Below, piece after piece: positions 1-9,960 of a stretch of DNA of 44,798 nt. Under the pieces are notes generated by a model. It saw only the letters and a list, made by a program, of their open reading frames with translations. It did no database searches and had not been told where the DNA came from. Each line of letters opens with the position of its first letter. The stretch's first letter is position 1. The translations under genes were made by a program, and so were the position numbers. Origin of the DNA: Bacteroidales bacterium (GTDB lineage Bacteria; Bacteroidota; Bacteroidia; Bacteroidales; UBA932); the NCBI GenBank assembly GCA_030695305.1, contig JAUYTB010000119.1:1-44798 (forward strand). The letters run 5' to 3'.

Positions 1-1639
1 GGGCGCCACTTTTCTCTATGATCCGGATATATTCTTGGTGCTGTTCACCATCAAGCCCGGGCTCTTTCAGTCATTCGGAACAACCTAAAATTCCGTTCAA
101 TGGCGTGCGGATTTCGTGGCTCATATTGGCTAGGAATGCCGATTTAAGGCGGTCGCTCTCTTCGGCATGTTCTTTGGCATCAACAAGTTCTTCCAGTATT
201 TTTTTCCTTTCGGTGACATCTTCTTTGATAGCTACAAAATTAGTAATCTTGCCTTGGCTGTTTAGGATAGGTGCTATAATTGCATTTTCCCAATAGAGCT
301 CGCCGTTTTTCTTTTTGTTTCTGAATTCACCGGTCCACTCTTTACCTGATAGTATTGTGTTCCAGAGCTCTACATAAAAAGATTTGGGCTGATTTCCGGA
401 TTTAAGGAGCCGTGGGTTTTTACCCAGCAGTTCTTCGTTAGAATAGCCGGTAAGTTCGGTAAAATAAGGATTAACGTAATTAATATTTCCCTCTGCATCG
501 GTAATAACCACCGATATAGAACTGGCTTCAACCGCACGATTAAGAAGTTTCAGCTTTTCTTCCGATTTCTGTTTTTTGATAAAATTTGTTACCTGTAGGA
601 TAAATGCTTCGATGATTTCAATATTTAGAGGTTTGGCACTCTTTTTTGTTACCAAAGTGATGTTGCCAAAAATCTGCTCACTCTCGTGAATGGCGGTACA
701 GTACATTTTATCTATTGACAACAATTTTTTTACAGCTTTACCAATGATGTCGGAAATTTTATTATTAAAGAGTCCCGGAAGATCAATCTCAATTTCCTCA
801 AGTTTTCCGCTGGTAATTTTCTCATAATATTTGGTACTTATCTCCCCTTCCAGTTTCCTGATATCAAATCCGAAAATTTTAATCAGATCTCTATATTTGT
901 CATCGAGGCCTTTTATATGCTGCATTTTCCAGATGTTGGAATTGATGTCATAATCAACGATGGCAACGATACCCTTATCATCCATCAGCTCATAAAGTTT
1001 ACGAGCGGTATATTCATAGATATTTTGAATCGAAGTAAATTTCACGAGATCGAAAGCAGTTCCCGCAAGGAAGGCATATTGTCTTTCGCTTTCTTTCAGT
1101 GCTTCCTCACGTTGCTTTCTGATTTCGATTTCTGCATTCAGGTCTTCGAGCAAATTGAGCGCAGCGATGTTAGCGCCCTTTAGTTCTTCCGTCCGTTTTT
1201 GCACCAGCTCTTCGAGTTGTAATCTTTGATCTCTCTTATATGTAGCTGCTTCTTTGATTTTGAGCATGGCAAGGATCTGCGCTTTAAGTTCGGTTGGGTC
1301 GATGGGTTTAGCTAAAAAGGCTTCACCTCCGGATTCAAGCGCCAAAATGCGGCTTTGTTTATCTCCCTTTAATGCTGTAATGAATATGATGGGCGTTTCC
1401 GACATTTGCTCATCTGCCTTGAGTATTTTGCATACTTCGTAACCATCCATACCGGGCATTACTATGTCGAGCAATATTACATCGGGGTCGTCTCTCCTTG
1501 CTGACTCGATGCCACCTTGACCGGTCAATTCCATGTAAACGACAGATTGTGGAAGCGCTTCGGATAGTAATGCTTTAAGAGAAATAAGATTATCTCTGTT
1601 GTCGTCGATGGCAAGAATTTTTATTTTTTTATTTTCCAT
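1..1639 (-). pseudogene. REC-PAS-histidine kinase interrupted by in-frame TGA at 71-73 (true pseudogene or sequence error); runs off the window edge
   Basis: REC (ILAIDD...LLDIVMP...AKP), PAS ([13 protein letters not shown]...LGKNPRLL), H-box [15 protein letters not shown]. After the TGA the same frame continues LKEPGLDGEQHQEYIRIIEKSGA, typical HisKA sequence. Likely start is ATG at 1639 (MENKKIKIL), not 1711. Confidence 0.75.
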
Positions 1640-4601
1640 AAAGCGTCGCGTTAATGGTGTCGAAGAAGAGGCTATCGTCAATTGGTTTTGCAATAAATGC
1701 GTTAAACCCATGCGCCAAAACCAGTTCGCGGTCTTCTTTAAGTGCGCTTGCTGTTAATGCTATAACCGGAATATGCTGCAACCGACCATCGCTTCTGATG
1801 GCCCTAAACGCCTGAATTCCGTCCATCTCGGGCAATGCTATATCCATTAGTATCAAATCGGGCAGGTGCTCTTTAGCCTTTTCAACACCTTCTCTTCCGT
1901 TTACAGCTTCAATCACTGTGTATCTATCTGCCAGAATTGCTTTTACTGTAATCATATTGTCCGGATTGTCTTCTACAACCAGCACGGTTGGCTTTCCTGT
2001 TAAGGGTAACCTCCCCTTAACCGGCTTTTTAGTCTCTACCGTTTTGCCAACTATCATTTCGCCTACCACTTTAATCAGTTCATGTCGCTTTATATCTCCC
2101 TTTTGGATAAGCTGATGAACATTATTACGCTTCAAAAACTGAAGGTCATCCTTAGTTATGTATTTGGCAGTGAGTATTAATACGGGTATCTGAGCAGTGA
2201 TGTCTGCATTGCGAATAGCCTCAAGTACCTGGAATCCATCAATTCCTGGCATCATCAAATCCAGTATAATTGCATCGGGAATTACTGTGTTGAATAGTTC
2301 CAACGCTTCACCCCCGTCTTTTCCAACCACTACTTTGTATCCGTTCTCTTCTAAAAAGTCTGTTATTTGAATCACTGCGGGCTCACTGTCTTCTACAAGC
2401 ATGACTGTTTTAGTACCAACGGGCGCGGTGCGTATCTCCGGTTTACTGATGATTTCAGCAATACTCTCAAAATCCGTACTTTTTTCGGTTATCTGGCAAT
2501 GCTCGTTGTAAACAATTGGAAGGGTAAGTGTAAATTCAGAACCTTCGTCCTGTACACTCTTAACCATAACAGTACCGCCTAGCAGATTGGCATATTTTTT
2601 TGCTATTGCCAAACCGAGACCCGTACCACCAAACCGGCGCGACACCCCGGAATCAGCTTGTCTGAACTCATCAAAAATATGGGGAAGATGCTCTGCTCTG
2701 ATACCGATTCCGGTATCGGAGACTATTACGGCGACTTTATCGTCGAGTTTTTTAACCGAAATACTCACTCCTCCATTTTCAGTAAACTTAACCGCATTGC
2801 CAATGAGATTTTGCAGTATATGCCTCAACTTGCTGGCATCGGTGATGATTTGAGTTTTACAGTCGCCTACAGCATTATTTAGATAAAGATTTTTTTCGGC
2901 GGCCTGTGGCTGTATCATGCTTGCCACATCGTTGATAACAGCACAAAGATCAAACTGCGTGGGGTCAACTTCCTCCATCCCCGATTCAATTCTTGAAATA
3001 TCCAATACATCATTTATCAGCGACAGCAGATTTTTACCATTTCGTTCAATCACTTCCAGGTAGCTGTGTTCTTCGTCGGCTATTTTGTTTGTGAGCCTGC
3101 GACTGAGCACTCCCGAAAGGGCTATAACTGAATTTAGCGGTGTGCGCAGCTCGTGGCTCATATTTGAAAGAAAACTTGTTTTAAGTTTGTTTGCTTCGCT
3201 TAACTGATTTTTCTGAACTTCGAGCTCTCTGTTTTGTTCGGTCAATTCTGATGATTGAGCTGTTAATTCTCTTTGCTGTATTTCCAGCTCGCGGTTTTGC
3301 TCTTCCAGTTTTGATGAGATTTCATTAATCCGGCGGTATGCCAGAATCCCTTCAATGCGGGCGGAATAGGTAGAGTGAATTGCTTCGATTAATTGAATAG
3401 ATTGTTGGTTGTAGACCCCAATGCTTGCCAATGAAATGATTGCAATAACTTCGCTACTTGAAACGATGGGAATGGTTATTATTTCGTTTGGAATAAATTT
3501 GCCTTTTACAGTATTATACAAAAAGCGGGTTGTCTCGGGAATATTCTTAAGATGCTGAATATTATGTGTAGTAACTGCAGCGCCAAATTCCCCTTCGTTC
3601 CCCGAAGCCGAAAATGATTTTTTGGCATCATCGTCAATGCCAACAGACTCAAAATGTTCGTAACGTCTCTTATCATCGCTAAGCAGATAGGCCGCAGCCA
3701 TTTGTGAACCTGTTTGGTCCATCATTATTTGGAGAGTACTTCCAAAGAATTTTTTCGCATCATCTTCACTAAGCATTTTACCGGTGAGCACAACTACCTT
3801 GTCACTGATTTCGACTTTTGCCTGGATCGTATCAACCAAAGAATTAAAGGAAGCGGCAAGGCCACCGAATTCATTTCTTGAAGTATTAGCGCTTCGGGCA
3901 TTTAAATCACCCTCCCTAAAGCGCGTGGCTGCGCCGGAAAGTTCATCAATAGGAAGTCGGACTGCACGCAGTAAAAAATTACTTACCAACAACATAAGCA
4001 TCAGGAATGCGGTAATAAGTATGAATAATTGCTTGTTTAACGACCTGTTTAATTCCTGAGATGTGCTATGTAATGAATCGCCTTTGTTACGGGCAAAAGT
4101 ATCGATTTTCTCCAACGACCTGTAAAGAGCTTCAACCTGACTGCCTGCAATCCCGCTCGAAAGAGTTCTTAATGCAGCCTCTGTTGTTTTACCTTCCCTA
4201 TGCAATAGGATGGTCTCTTCGCGCAATGAATTCCATGTAATGAAGTTTTGTTTCAGGGTGTCGATATCGGAGCGGGGACCCAAATACCACTTATAAACGA
4301 TATTCAATTGATCGAATGCGGAAGATTTATGCAGTTCAATATTGTTGATTATCATTGGCATTCTCGCTTCACCTTCGGGTAAAAACAAATCTTTCATTTC
4401 GCGGTGAATGGCAGTGATGTCGAATTTAAATGTCCCTAAAGCCCTGCGTACCTGCAGCGGATGGTTATACATTGTTTCTGTTTGTAGGGCGATTTTGTAG
4501 GTCTGTTCATAGGAGATAAAGCCCAGAACAGCAACTAGCAGCATCATTGTCACAAAGCCGATTATTAGCTGCGTTGCAATTTTTAAGTCTTTTAGCTTCA
4601 T
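1629..4601 (-). CDS. Membrane hybrid sensor histidine kinase (MCP-like four-helix-bundle sensor, HAMP, GAF, coiled coil, HisKA, HATPase, two REC domains)
   Basis: MCP-like N-terminus [16 protein letters not shown] with two TM segments, HAMP (GDLNARS...[12 protein letters not shown]), [32 protein letters not shown], two receiver domains. Confidence 0.9.
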   Translation of the reverse strand: MKLKDLKIATQLIIGFVTMMLLVAVLGFISYEQTYKIALQTETMYNHPLQVRRALGTFKFDITAIHREMKDLFLPEGEARMPMIINNIELHKSSAFDQLNIVYKWYLGPRSDIDTLKQNFITWNSLREETILLHREGKTTEAALRTLSSGIAGSQVEALYRSLEKIDTFARNKGDSLHSTSQELNRSLNKQLFILITAFLMLMLLVSNFLLRAVRLPIDELSGAATRFREGDLNARSANTSRNEFGGLAASFNSLVDTIQAKVEISDKVVVLTGKMLSEDDAKKFFGSTLQIMMDQTGSQMAAAYLLSDDKRRYEHFESVGIDDDAKKSFSASGNEGEFGAAVTTHNIQHLKNIPETTRFLYNTVKGKFIPNEIITIPIVSSSEVIAIISLASIGVYNQQSIQLIEAIHSTYSARIEGILAYRRINEISSKLEEQNRELEIQQRELTAQSSELTEQNRELEVQKNQLSEANKLKTSFLSNMSHELRTPLNSVIALSGVLSRRLTNKIADEEHSYLEVIERNGKNLLSLINDVLDISRIESGMEEVDPTQFDLCAVINDVASMIQPQAAEKNLYLNNAVGDCKTQIITDASKLRHILQNLIGNAVKFTENGGVSISVKKLDDKVAVIVSDTGIGIRAEHLPHIFDEFRQADSGVSRRFGGTGLGLAIAKKYANLLGGTVMVKSVQDEGSEFTLTLPIVYNEHCQITEKSTDFESIAEIISKPEIRTAPVGTKTVMLVEDSEPAVIQITDFLEENGYKVVVGKDGGEALELFNTVIPDAIILDLMMPGIDGFQVLEAIRNADITAQIPVLILTAKYITKDDLQFLKRNNVHQLIQKGDIKRHELIKVVGEMIVGKTVETKKPVKGRLPLTGKPTVLVVEDNPDNMITVKAILADRYTVIEAVNGREGVEKAKEHLPDLILMDIALPEMDGIQAFRAIRSDGRLQHIPVIALTASALKEDRELVLAHGFNAFIAKPIDDSLFFDTINATLYGK

Positions 4602-4604
4602 ATA

Positions 4605-5432
4605 TTATTCTTTTATTTTTTTTCTGAATATTGCAGATTGGGGATAAACCTCTTTAAATTTGCCGGCTTTTAGTATCTCCCTCTCGGTTTCACCTGTAAT
4701 AAGTAATCCGCCTTCAGCAAGAGAATCACTTACTTTTTCCAAAATCACCTTTTGAACCCCCGGCTTGTAATAGAATAAAATATTTGCGCACAATACCAGG
4801 TCAAAATCGCCGTAAATACTCTCCGGCGGAGTGCTGTGTTTGCTTAAAAGGTCAAAGACGGAAAATTTAATATGTTTCTTCAGCTCGGGAATTACAGCAC
4901 ACAAATTACCTGAACGAACAAACCACTTTTTAAATTGTTTTTGGGTTACATTACCGACAGATTCTTGAGTATAAACACCTGAAAGCGCTATGTTTACCTG
5001 CTTTTCGTCCCGGTCTGTTCCAAATACACGGTATCTCATTTTTTCATTATCCCCAATGAGGTTTTCCAATATCATGGCCAGGCTATACGATTCGTGACCA
5101 CCGGCACATGCCGCCGACCAAATCCGTATTTCTTTGCTGTTGTTATTTTTTTTGAGAAAGACCATCTCCGGCAATACAATGCTTTCCAAAACTGAAAAAG
5201 TAAGTTGGTTTCGGAAAAACTCACTATGGCTTACCTGAAACAATCCGGTAAAAAGCGTTGCTTCCTTTTCGTTCTCAGCCACGAAACGGCTATAATCTGA
5301 TAAATCAGAGCATCCCGTAAATTCAATCCGCTGCAAAATTGTCTTATTTACAAACGATTCATCAAACATCGAAATATCCATTCCATGCTTATTCATAAAC
5401 AGTTCTACAATATTTCGATTTATTTCGCTCAT
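4605..5432 (-). CDS. cheR: Protein-glutamate O-methyltransferase CheR
   Basis: SEFFRN, IRIWSAACAGGHESYSLAM, FDLVLCANILFYY motifs. Confidence 0.9.
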   Translation of the reverse strand: MSEINRNIVELFMNKHGMDISMFDESFVNKTILQRIEFTGCSDLSDYSRFVAENEKEATLFTGLFQVSHSEFFRNQLTFSVLESIVLPEMVFLKKNNNSKEIRIWSAACAGGHESYSLAMILENLIGDNEKMRYRVFGTDRDEKQVNIALSGVYTQESVGNVTQKQFKKWFVRSGNLCAVIPELKKHIKFSVFDLLSKHSTPPESIYGDFDLVLCANILFYYKPGVQKVILEKVSDSLAEGGLLITGETEREILKAGKFKEVYPQSAIFRKKIKE

Positions 5433-5454
5433 GGGTTATAATTATTTGACTTTT

Positions 5455-5645
5455 CTACTCAACTATCTTATATTTTGGGTCTTCACCAAGTTTTTTCAGC
5501 AGATCATTTACCTCCACCCAGATTTGGATAATATATTGCCATTAAGGTCAAGAATTGCTACGACGAATCCTGTTGATTTGTTGAATCCTTCAAGCAGAGT
5601 GTCCACTTTTGCGAAATCGATTAAATCTAAAATATTAATTTTCAT
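5455..5645 (-). pseudogene. Internally deleted PocR-domain sensor gene (N-terminal 45 aa joined out of frame to C-terminal 19 aa)
   Basis: Manual translation: 5645-5508 MKINILDLIDFAKVDTLLEGFNKSTGFVVAILDLNGNILSKSGWR* resembles a PocR domain start; another frame 5514-5455 gives EVNDLLKKLGEDPKYKIVE*, resembling the C-terminal tail of Bacteroidales PocR/PAS sensors. Confidence 0.7.
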
Positions 5646-5688
5646 AATTCAACGATTGAAAGATCGTATCAAAGTTAATAAATTTATC

Positions 5689-5749
5689 ATTGACTACCGG
5701 GTCTGACCCCAATTGTCCAAGACAATTGGGGTCAGACCCGGTAGTCAAT
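5689..5749. repeat. Perfect 29-bp inverted repeat with 3-nt spacer, REP-doublet-like
   Basis: ATTGACTACCGGGTCTGACCCCAATTGTC-caa-GACAATTGGGGTCAGACCCGGTAGTCAAT; each arm contains the internal palindrome GGGTCWGACCC. Confidence 0.9.
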
Positions 5750-5870
5750 AAGATCTCGGTTGTCTAATCTAATAATTATATCACTTATTTCTGTAATTAT
5801 ATAACACTATCTATCCTTTCTCTCCTGATATTTAAACAATAAATATTCACTGTTCTAAAAATTAATTATT

Positions 5871-6473
5871 ATGGCAGAAATTAAGATTGAAAAGAGAAAA
5901 ACAATTTGGCCGTGGCTATTGGCAGGCCTTTTTGTAGTTGCATTACTTATATATTTCCTGGTATTGCGTAATAACGGAAATATTACAGAATCTGTAAATG
6001 AAGTAGAAAATTTCACCTATACAGAGCACCCGGACCTCATAGGGGTAATAGAAAATAACAGCACTGTTGCAGCTTATATCGATTTTGTGGAAAATACTAA
6101 TAAAGAGATGAGTCTGGATCATGCATATACAAACGAAGCTCTAATAAAACTAATTGAGGCTACAAATGCTATGGCCGATGAGGTGGGTTATGAAGTTAGA
6201 GCAGATATAGAGAAGGTAAGAGAATATGCACAACATATTACAATTGATCCCTTTGAAACTACACATGCGGATGCCATAAGAAAGGGGAGTGATATTTTAA
6301 CCAACGTATTGCAAAACATCCAAAAGGCAAAATACCCGGGCTTGAGCGATGAAGTTGAAGAGTTAAAAAGTGCATCTAAATCAATCAACCCAATTGTTCT
6401 TACACTTGAACAACAAGATGCAGTTAAGAATTACTTTGCAAAGGCATCTGACCTTCTAAAAAAAATGAATTAA
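5871..6473 (+). CDS. Hypothetical membrane-anchored protein (Bacteroidetes conserved type)
   Basis: 200-aa ORF, N-terminus MAEIKIEKRKTIWPWLL followed by a TM helix; AT-rich initiation region. Confidence 0.8.
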   Translation: MAEIKIEKRKTIWPWLLAGLFVVALLIYFLVLRNNGNITESVNEVENFTYTEHPDLIGVIENNSTVAAYIDFVENTNKEMSLDHAYTNEALIKLIEATNAMADEVGYEVRADIEKVREYAQHITIDPFETTHADAIRKGSDILTNVLQNIQKAKYPGLSDEVEELKSASKSINPIVLTLEQQDAVKNYFAKASDLLKKMN

Positions 6474-6497
6474 TCAAACTTTAAAATAATTAGAATA

Positions 6498-7016
6498 ATG
6501 ACAGATACAAATAGAAATCTTTTTAACCTGGACGAATTGTCCGATTATAAAGTGGCCGATAATTATAGTGATGTAAGAGGGTGGGATGTTAAAGATGCAA
6601 ATAACCGCACCATTGGAAAAGTAGATCATTTGTTGGTTAATAAATTTGCCGAACGTGTGGTTTACCTTGATGTTGAAGTGGATGAAACTCTGATTGAAGA
6701 GGGGCATAACACTTATCAAGATAGGGTAAGTGCCGGTGTTCATGAGTTCTTAAACAAGGAGGGGGAGAATCATCTGATTATTCCTATTGGGATGGCATTT
6801 TTTGATGAGAAGAACAAACTAGTAAATACAAATCAGATTGATAGCTCAACTTTTGCTAAAGCAAAACGGTTCAAAAATGGAGATGTTATCGATTTTGGGT
6901 ACGAATTGAATTTGATTCGTCATTACAGAGGAGATAATACAATTCACAGCTCTAATGCAGCTGATGGATTTTATGACCGCGAAGAGTTCAACAATTCACT
7001 GTTGAGTCACAAATGA
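6498..7016 (+). CDS. PRC-barrel domain protein (photosynthetic reaction centre subunit H-like)
   Basis: DYKVADNYSDVRGWDVKDANNRTIGKVDHLLV...VVYLDV PRC-barrel pattern. Confidence 0.8.
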   Translation: MTDTNRNLFNLDELSDYKVADNYSDVRGWDVKDANNRTIGKVDHLLVNKFAERVVYLDVEVDETLIEEGHNTYQDRVSAGVHEFLNKEGENHLIIPIGMAFFDEKNKLVNTNQIDSSTFAKAKRFKNGDVIDFGYELNLIRHYRGDNTIHSSNAADGFYDREEFNNSLLSHK

Positions 7017-7036
7017 ACGGGGAGGTTATAAAAATA

Positions 7037-8872
7037 TTAAACAGCATCCTCCATCACCACCTCCGGCCTTAGGTTGGCGCGAATGAAGTTTTGTCTGTCC
7101 AGCGTGTTTTTTCCCATATAGAACTCCAGTAGTTCCGGGATATTGTCGTCGTTGCCTAAGCGTACCTTCTCCAAACGGATGTTCTCTCCAATAAAGTGTC
7201 TGAATTCATCAGGAGATATCTCTCCAAGACCTTTAAAACGAGTGATCTCCGGATTGGCTCCAAGTTTCCTTATGGCTTTGTCTCTCTCCTCTGCACTGTA
7301 GCAGTAGATGGTCTCCTTCTTGGTTCTTACCCTAAATAGCGGTGTCTGGAGGATATGCAAATGCCCCTGGCGGATAAGGTCGGGGAAATATTGCAGAAAG
7401 AAGGTTAACAGGAGAAGTCGTATATGCATACCATCCACATCGGCGTCGGTTGCCACCACAATCTGGTTGTAGCGGAGATTTTCAAGATCTTCCTCTATAT
7501 TGAGTGCGGCCTGAAGTAGGTTAAACTCCTCATTTTCATATATAATCTTCTTGGTGAGGCCATAGGTATTAAGAGGTTTACCCTTGAGCGAGAATACCGC
7601 CTGTGTTGCCACGTCACGGCTCTTGGTTATTGACCCGCTGGCAGAGTCACCTTCGGTTATAAAGAGAGTGCTCTCAATTGCCCTCTCGTTTTTGTCGCTA
7701 TAGTGGATACGGCAGTCACGCAGCTTCTTGTTATGAAGACTGGCCTTTTTTGCCCTCTCCCTTGCAAGCTTCTGGATCCCCGAAATGGCTTTACGCTCCT
7801 TCTCTGAGTCGAGAATCTTTCTAAGCATGGAGTCGGCAGCATCGGGGTGCCTGTGCAGATAGTTGTTAAGGTGCTCTTTAATAAAATCGCCGATAAAGTT
7901 TCTAATACTAACTCCACCCGGTGCAACCTCTTTAGAGCCAAGTTTTGTCTTTGTCTGAGATTCAAATATCGGCTCCTGAACCTTTATACTCACAGCAGCA
8001 ATCATACTCTGGCGTACATCGCTGGGGTCAAAATCGCGTTTGTAAAAATCCTTTATAGTTTTGGCAATTGCCTCACGGAATGCGGCAAGGTGCGTCCCCC
8101 CCTGTGTTGTAAACTGTCCGTTAACAAATGATGAGATTCCCTCTCCGTAGTCGTTTCCATGAGAGAGAGCTATCTCGATATCGTCCCCTCTAAGGTGAAT
8201 GGGAGGGTAGAGCGGCTCCTTAACGAGTGACTCATTAAGCAGGTCCAGTAAACCATTCTTTGAGACAAACTCTTTGCCATTTAGTTTTATAAGTAATCCG
8301 GTATTGAGGTAAGAGTAGTTACGCAACATTGTCTCTATAAACTCCATATTAAAGCTATAGTCACCAAACAGTTCGTCGTCTGCAGTAAAAGAGACAAGAG
8401 TGCCGTTTTTCTCTGAGGAAATTGTGCGTTGCTCCTCTATCAGCTCTCCTCTGCTGAATCTTGCATACTGACTCTCTCCATCTCTAAAAGATTGGATATA
8501 GAAAGATACAGAGAGAGCATTCACAGCTTTTATACCAACTCCGTTAAGACCTACCGATTTCTTAAATGCCTTGCTGTCGTATTTGGCCCCCGTGTTCATC
8601 CTGCTTGCAACATCTACAAGAGAGCCGAGAGGAATCCCTCTTCCAAAATCTCTGATAGTTACAACTCTGTTCTCTATCCCTATTACAATACTCTTTCCGT
8701 TGCCCATGGCATACTCATCCACAGAGTTATCCATAACCTCTTTTAGGAGAACGTATATACCGTCATCCGGAGAGGCGCCGTCTCCAAGCTTACCGATATA
8801 CATACCCGGTCTTTTACGGATATGTTCATTCCACTCCAGGGTTCTGATCTCTTTCTCTGTGTACTGATTCAT
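7037..8872 (-). CDS. parE: DNA topoisomerase IV subunit B
   Basis: [53 protein letters not shown]; Bacteroidetes ParE length and type. Confidence 0.88.
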   Translation of the reverse strand: MNQYTEKEIRTLEWNEHIRKRPGMYIGKLGDGASPDDGIYVLLKEVMDNSVDEYAMGNGKSIVIGIENRVVTIRDFGRGIPLGSLVDVASRMNTGAKYDSKAFKKSVGLNGVGIKAVNALSVSFYIQSFRDGESQYARFSRGELIEEQRTISSEKNGTLVSFTADDELFGDYSFNMEFIETMLRNYSYLNTGLLIKLNGKEFVSKNGLLDLLNESLVKEPLYPPIHLRGDDIEIALSHGNDYGEGISSFVNGQFTTQGGTHLAAFREAIAKTIKDFYKRDFDPSDVRQSMIAAVSIKVQEPIFESQTKTKLGSKEVAPGGVSIRNFIGDFIKEHLNNYLHRHPDAADSMLRKILDSEKERKAISGIQKLARERAKKASLHNKKLRDCRIHYSDKNERAIESTLFITEGDSASGSITKSRDVATQAVFSLKGKPLNTYGLTKKIIYENEEFNLLQAALNIEEDLENLRYNQIVVATDADVDGMHIRLLLLTFFLQYFPDLIRQGHLHILQTPLFRVRTKKETIYCYSAEERDKAIRKLGANPEITRFKGLGEISPDEFRHFIGENIRLEKVRLGNDDNIPELLEFYMGKNTLDRQNFIRANLRPEVVMEDAV

Positions 8873-8888
8873 TTTACGGATTTTGCTG

Positions 8889-8896
8889 CAAAGGTA
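8889..8896 (-). promoter_or_regulatory. Bacteroidetes housekeeping -7 box for parE
   Basis: TACCTTTG matches TAnnTTTG, 16 nt upstream of the ATG. Confidence 0.6.
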
Positions 8897-8902
8897 AAAA
8901 AT

Positions 8903-9946
8903 TTAATTCATCCTCAGTAGCAGTTGTGCAATCTGAACAGCATTTGAAGCTGCCCCTTTTCTTAGATTATCTGCTACTATCCACATATTTACCGCCTTTT
9001 TGCAAGAGAGATCCTCTCTCACACGTCCCACAAAAACCTCATCTTTACCGTATGCATAAAGAGGCATAGGGTAGGGTGGATTATCGGAGTTGTCAATAAA
9101 TATTGTGCCGGGAGTTTTGCGCAATATAGCAAAAATATCCTCCATTGTAAACTCCCTTTCAAACTCTGCATTCACAGACTCCGAGTGTCCTCCCTCTACC
9201 GGAACCCTCACTGTGGTGGCACTTACTGCAATATTATCATCTCCAAATATTTTTCTTGTCTCATTAACCATCTTCATCTCCTCTTTGGTATATCCGTTTT
9301 GGGTAAAGAGATCTATCTGGGGAATAAGATTCATATCTATAGGGTAGGCATACGCCTTATCTCTGCCCCCTGAAACCCTGTTCCCGGGAGCTGCAGCTTC
9401 AAATTCACTTGAAAGGTTCATCGCCGCCCACTCTCGCCTCTCATCTTGCAGCTGATTAATACCTTTAACTCCGCTGCCGGTTACCGATTGGTAGGTAGAT
9501 ACAACTATACGCTTAATCCTGAGCTCTTTGTGCAGTAGATTAAGTGCTACAACCATCTGAATTGTGGAGCAATTGGGATTTGCAATAATCATATCCATCT
9601 TTGTGAGCGTATCTCCGTTAACCTCAGGTACAATAAGTTTAACATTAGGATCCATTCTCCATCGGGATGAGTTGTCGACAACCCTGCATCCCGCAGCTGC
9701 AAATATGGGTGCCCACTCTCCTGAGGCATCAGATCCGGCAGAGAAGAGAGCAATGTCCGGCTTCATTGCAACTGCCTCTTCCGGGGTTTTTATTATCCAC
9801 TCCTTACCGCCAAAGAGGATTGTTTTTCCGGCAGATTTAGCCGAAGCCACAGGAATAAACTCTGTTACGGGAAAGTTCCTCTCCCTCAATACCTCTGTCA
9901 TTTTGGTGCCAACCAAACCTGTGGCCCCTACTACTGCAATTTTCAT
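8903..9946 (-). CDS. asd: Aspartate-semialdehyde dehydrogenase
   Basis: GATGLVG, ANPNCSTIQM, STYQSVTGSG, DNLRKGAA. Confidence 0.95.
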   Translation of the reverse strand: MKIAVVGATGLVGTKMTEVLRERNFPVTEFIPVASAKSAGKTILFGGKEWIIKTPEEAVAMKPDIALFSAGSDASGEWAPIFAAAGCRVVDNSSRWRMDPNVKLIVPEVNGDTLTKMDMIIANPNCSTIQMVVALNLLHKELRIKRIVVSTYQSVTGSGVKGINQLQDERREWAAMNLSSEFEAAAPGNRVSGGRDKAYAYPIDMNLIPQIDLFTQNGYTKEEMKMVNETRKIFGDDNIAVSATTVRVPVEGGHSESVNAEFEREFTMEDIFAILRKTPGTIFIDNSDNPPYPMPLYAYGKDEVFVGRVREDLSCKKAVNMWIVADNLRKGAASNAVQIAQLLLRMN

Positions 9947-9960
9947 AACACTCTCTTTAT

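Noticed and set aside
71-73. TGA as selenocysteine or recoded stop
   Set aside because: The position corresponds to a Leu in a HisKA helix, not a catalytic Cys; no obvious SECIS, and TGA is a normal stop elsewhere in the window (for example 7016, 28926).
1640-1711. 24-aa N-terminal extension of the REC kinase
   Set aside because: Overlaps the upstream kinase gene; the REC domain begins at ATG 1639.
5431-5706. 91-aa plus-strand ORF
   Set aside because: Antisense shadow of the PocR relic; no recognisable features.
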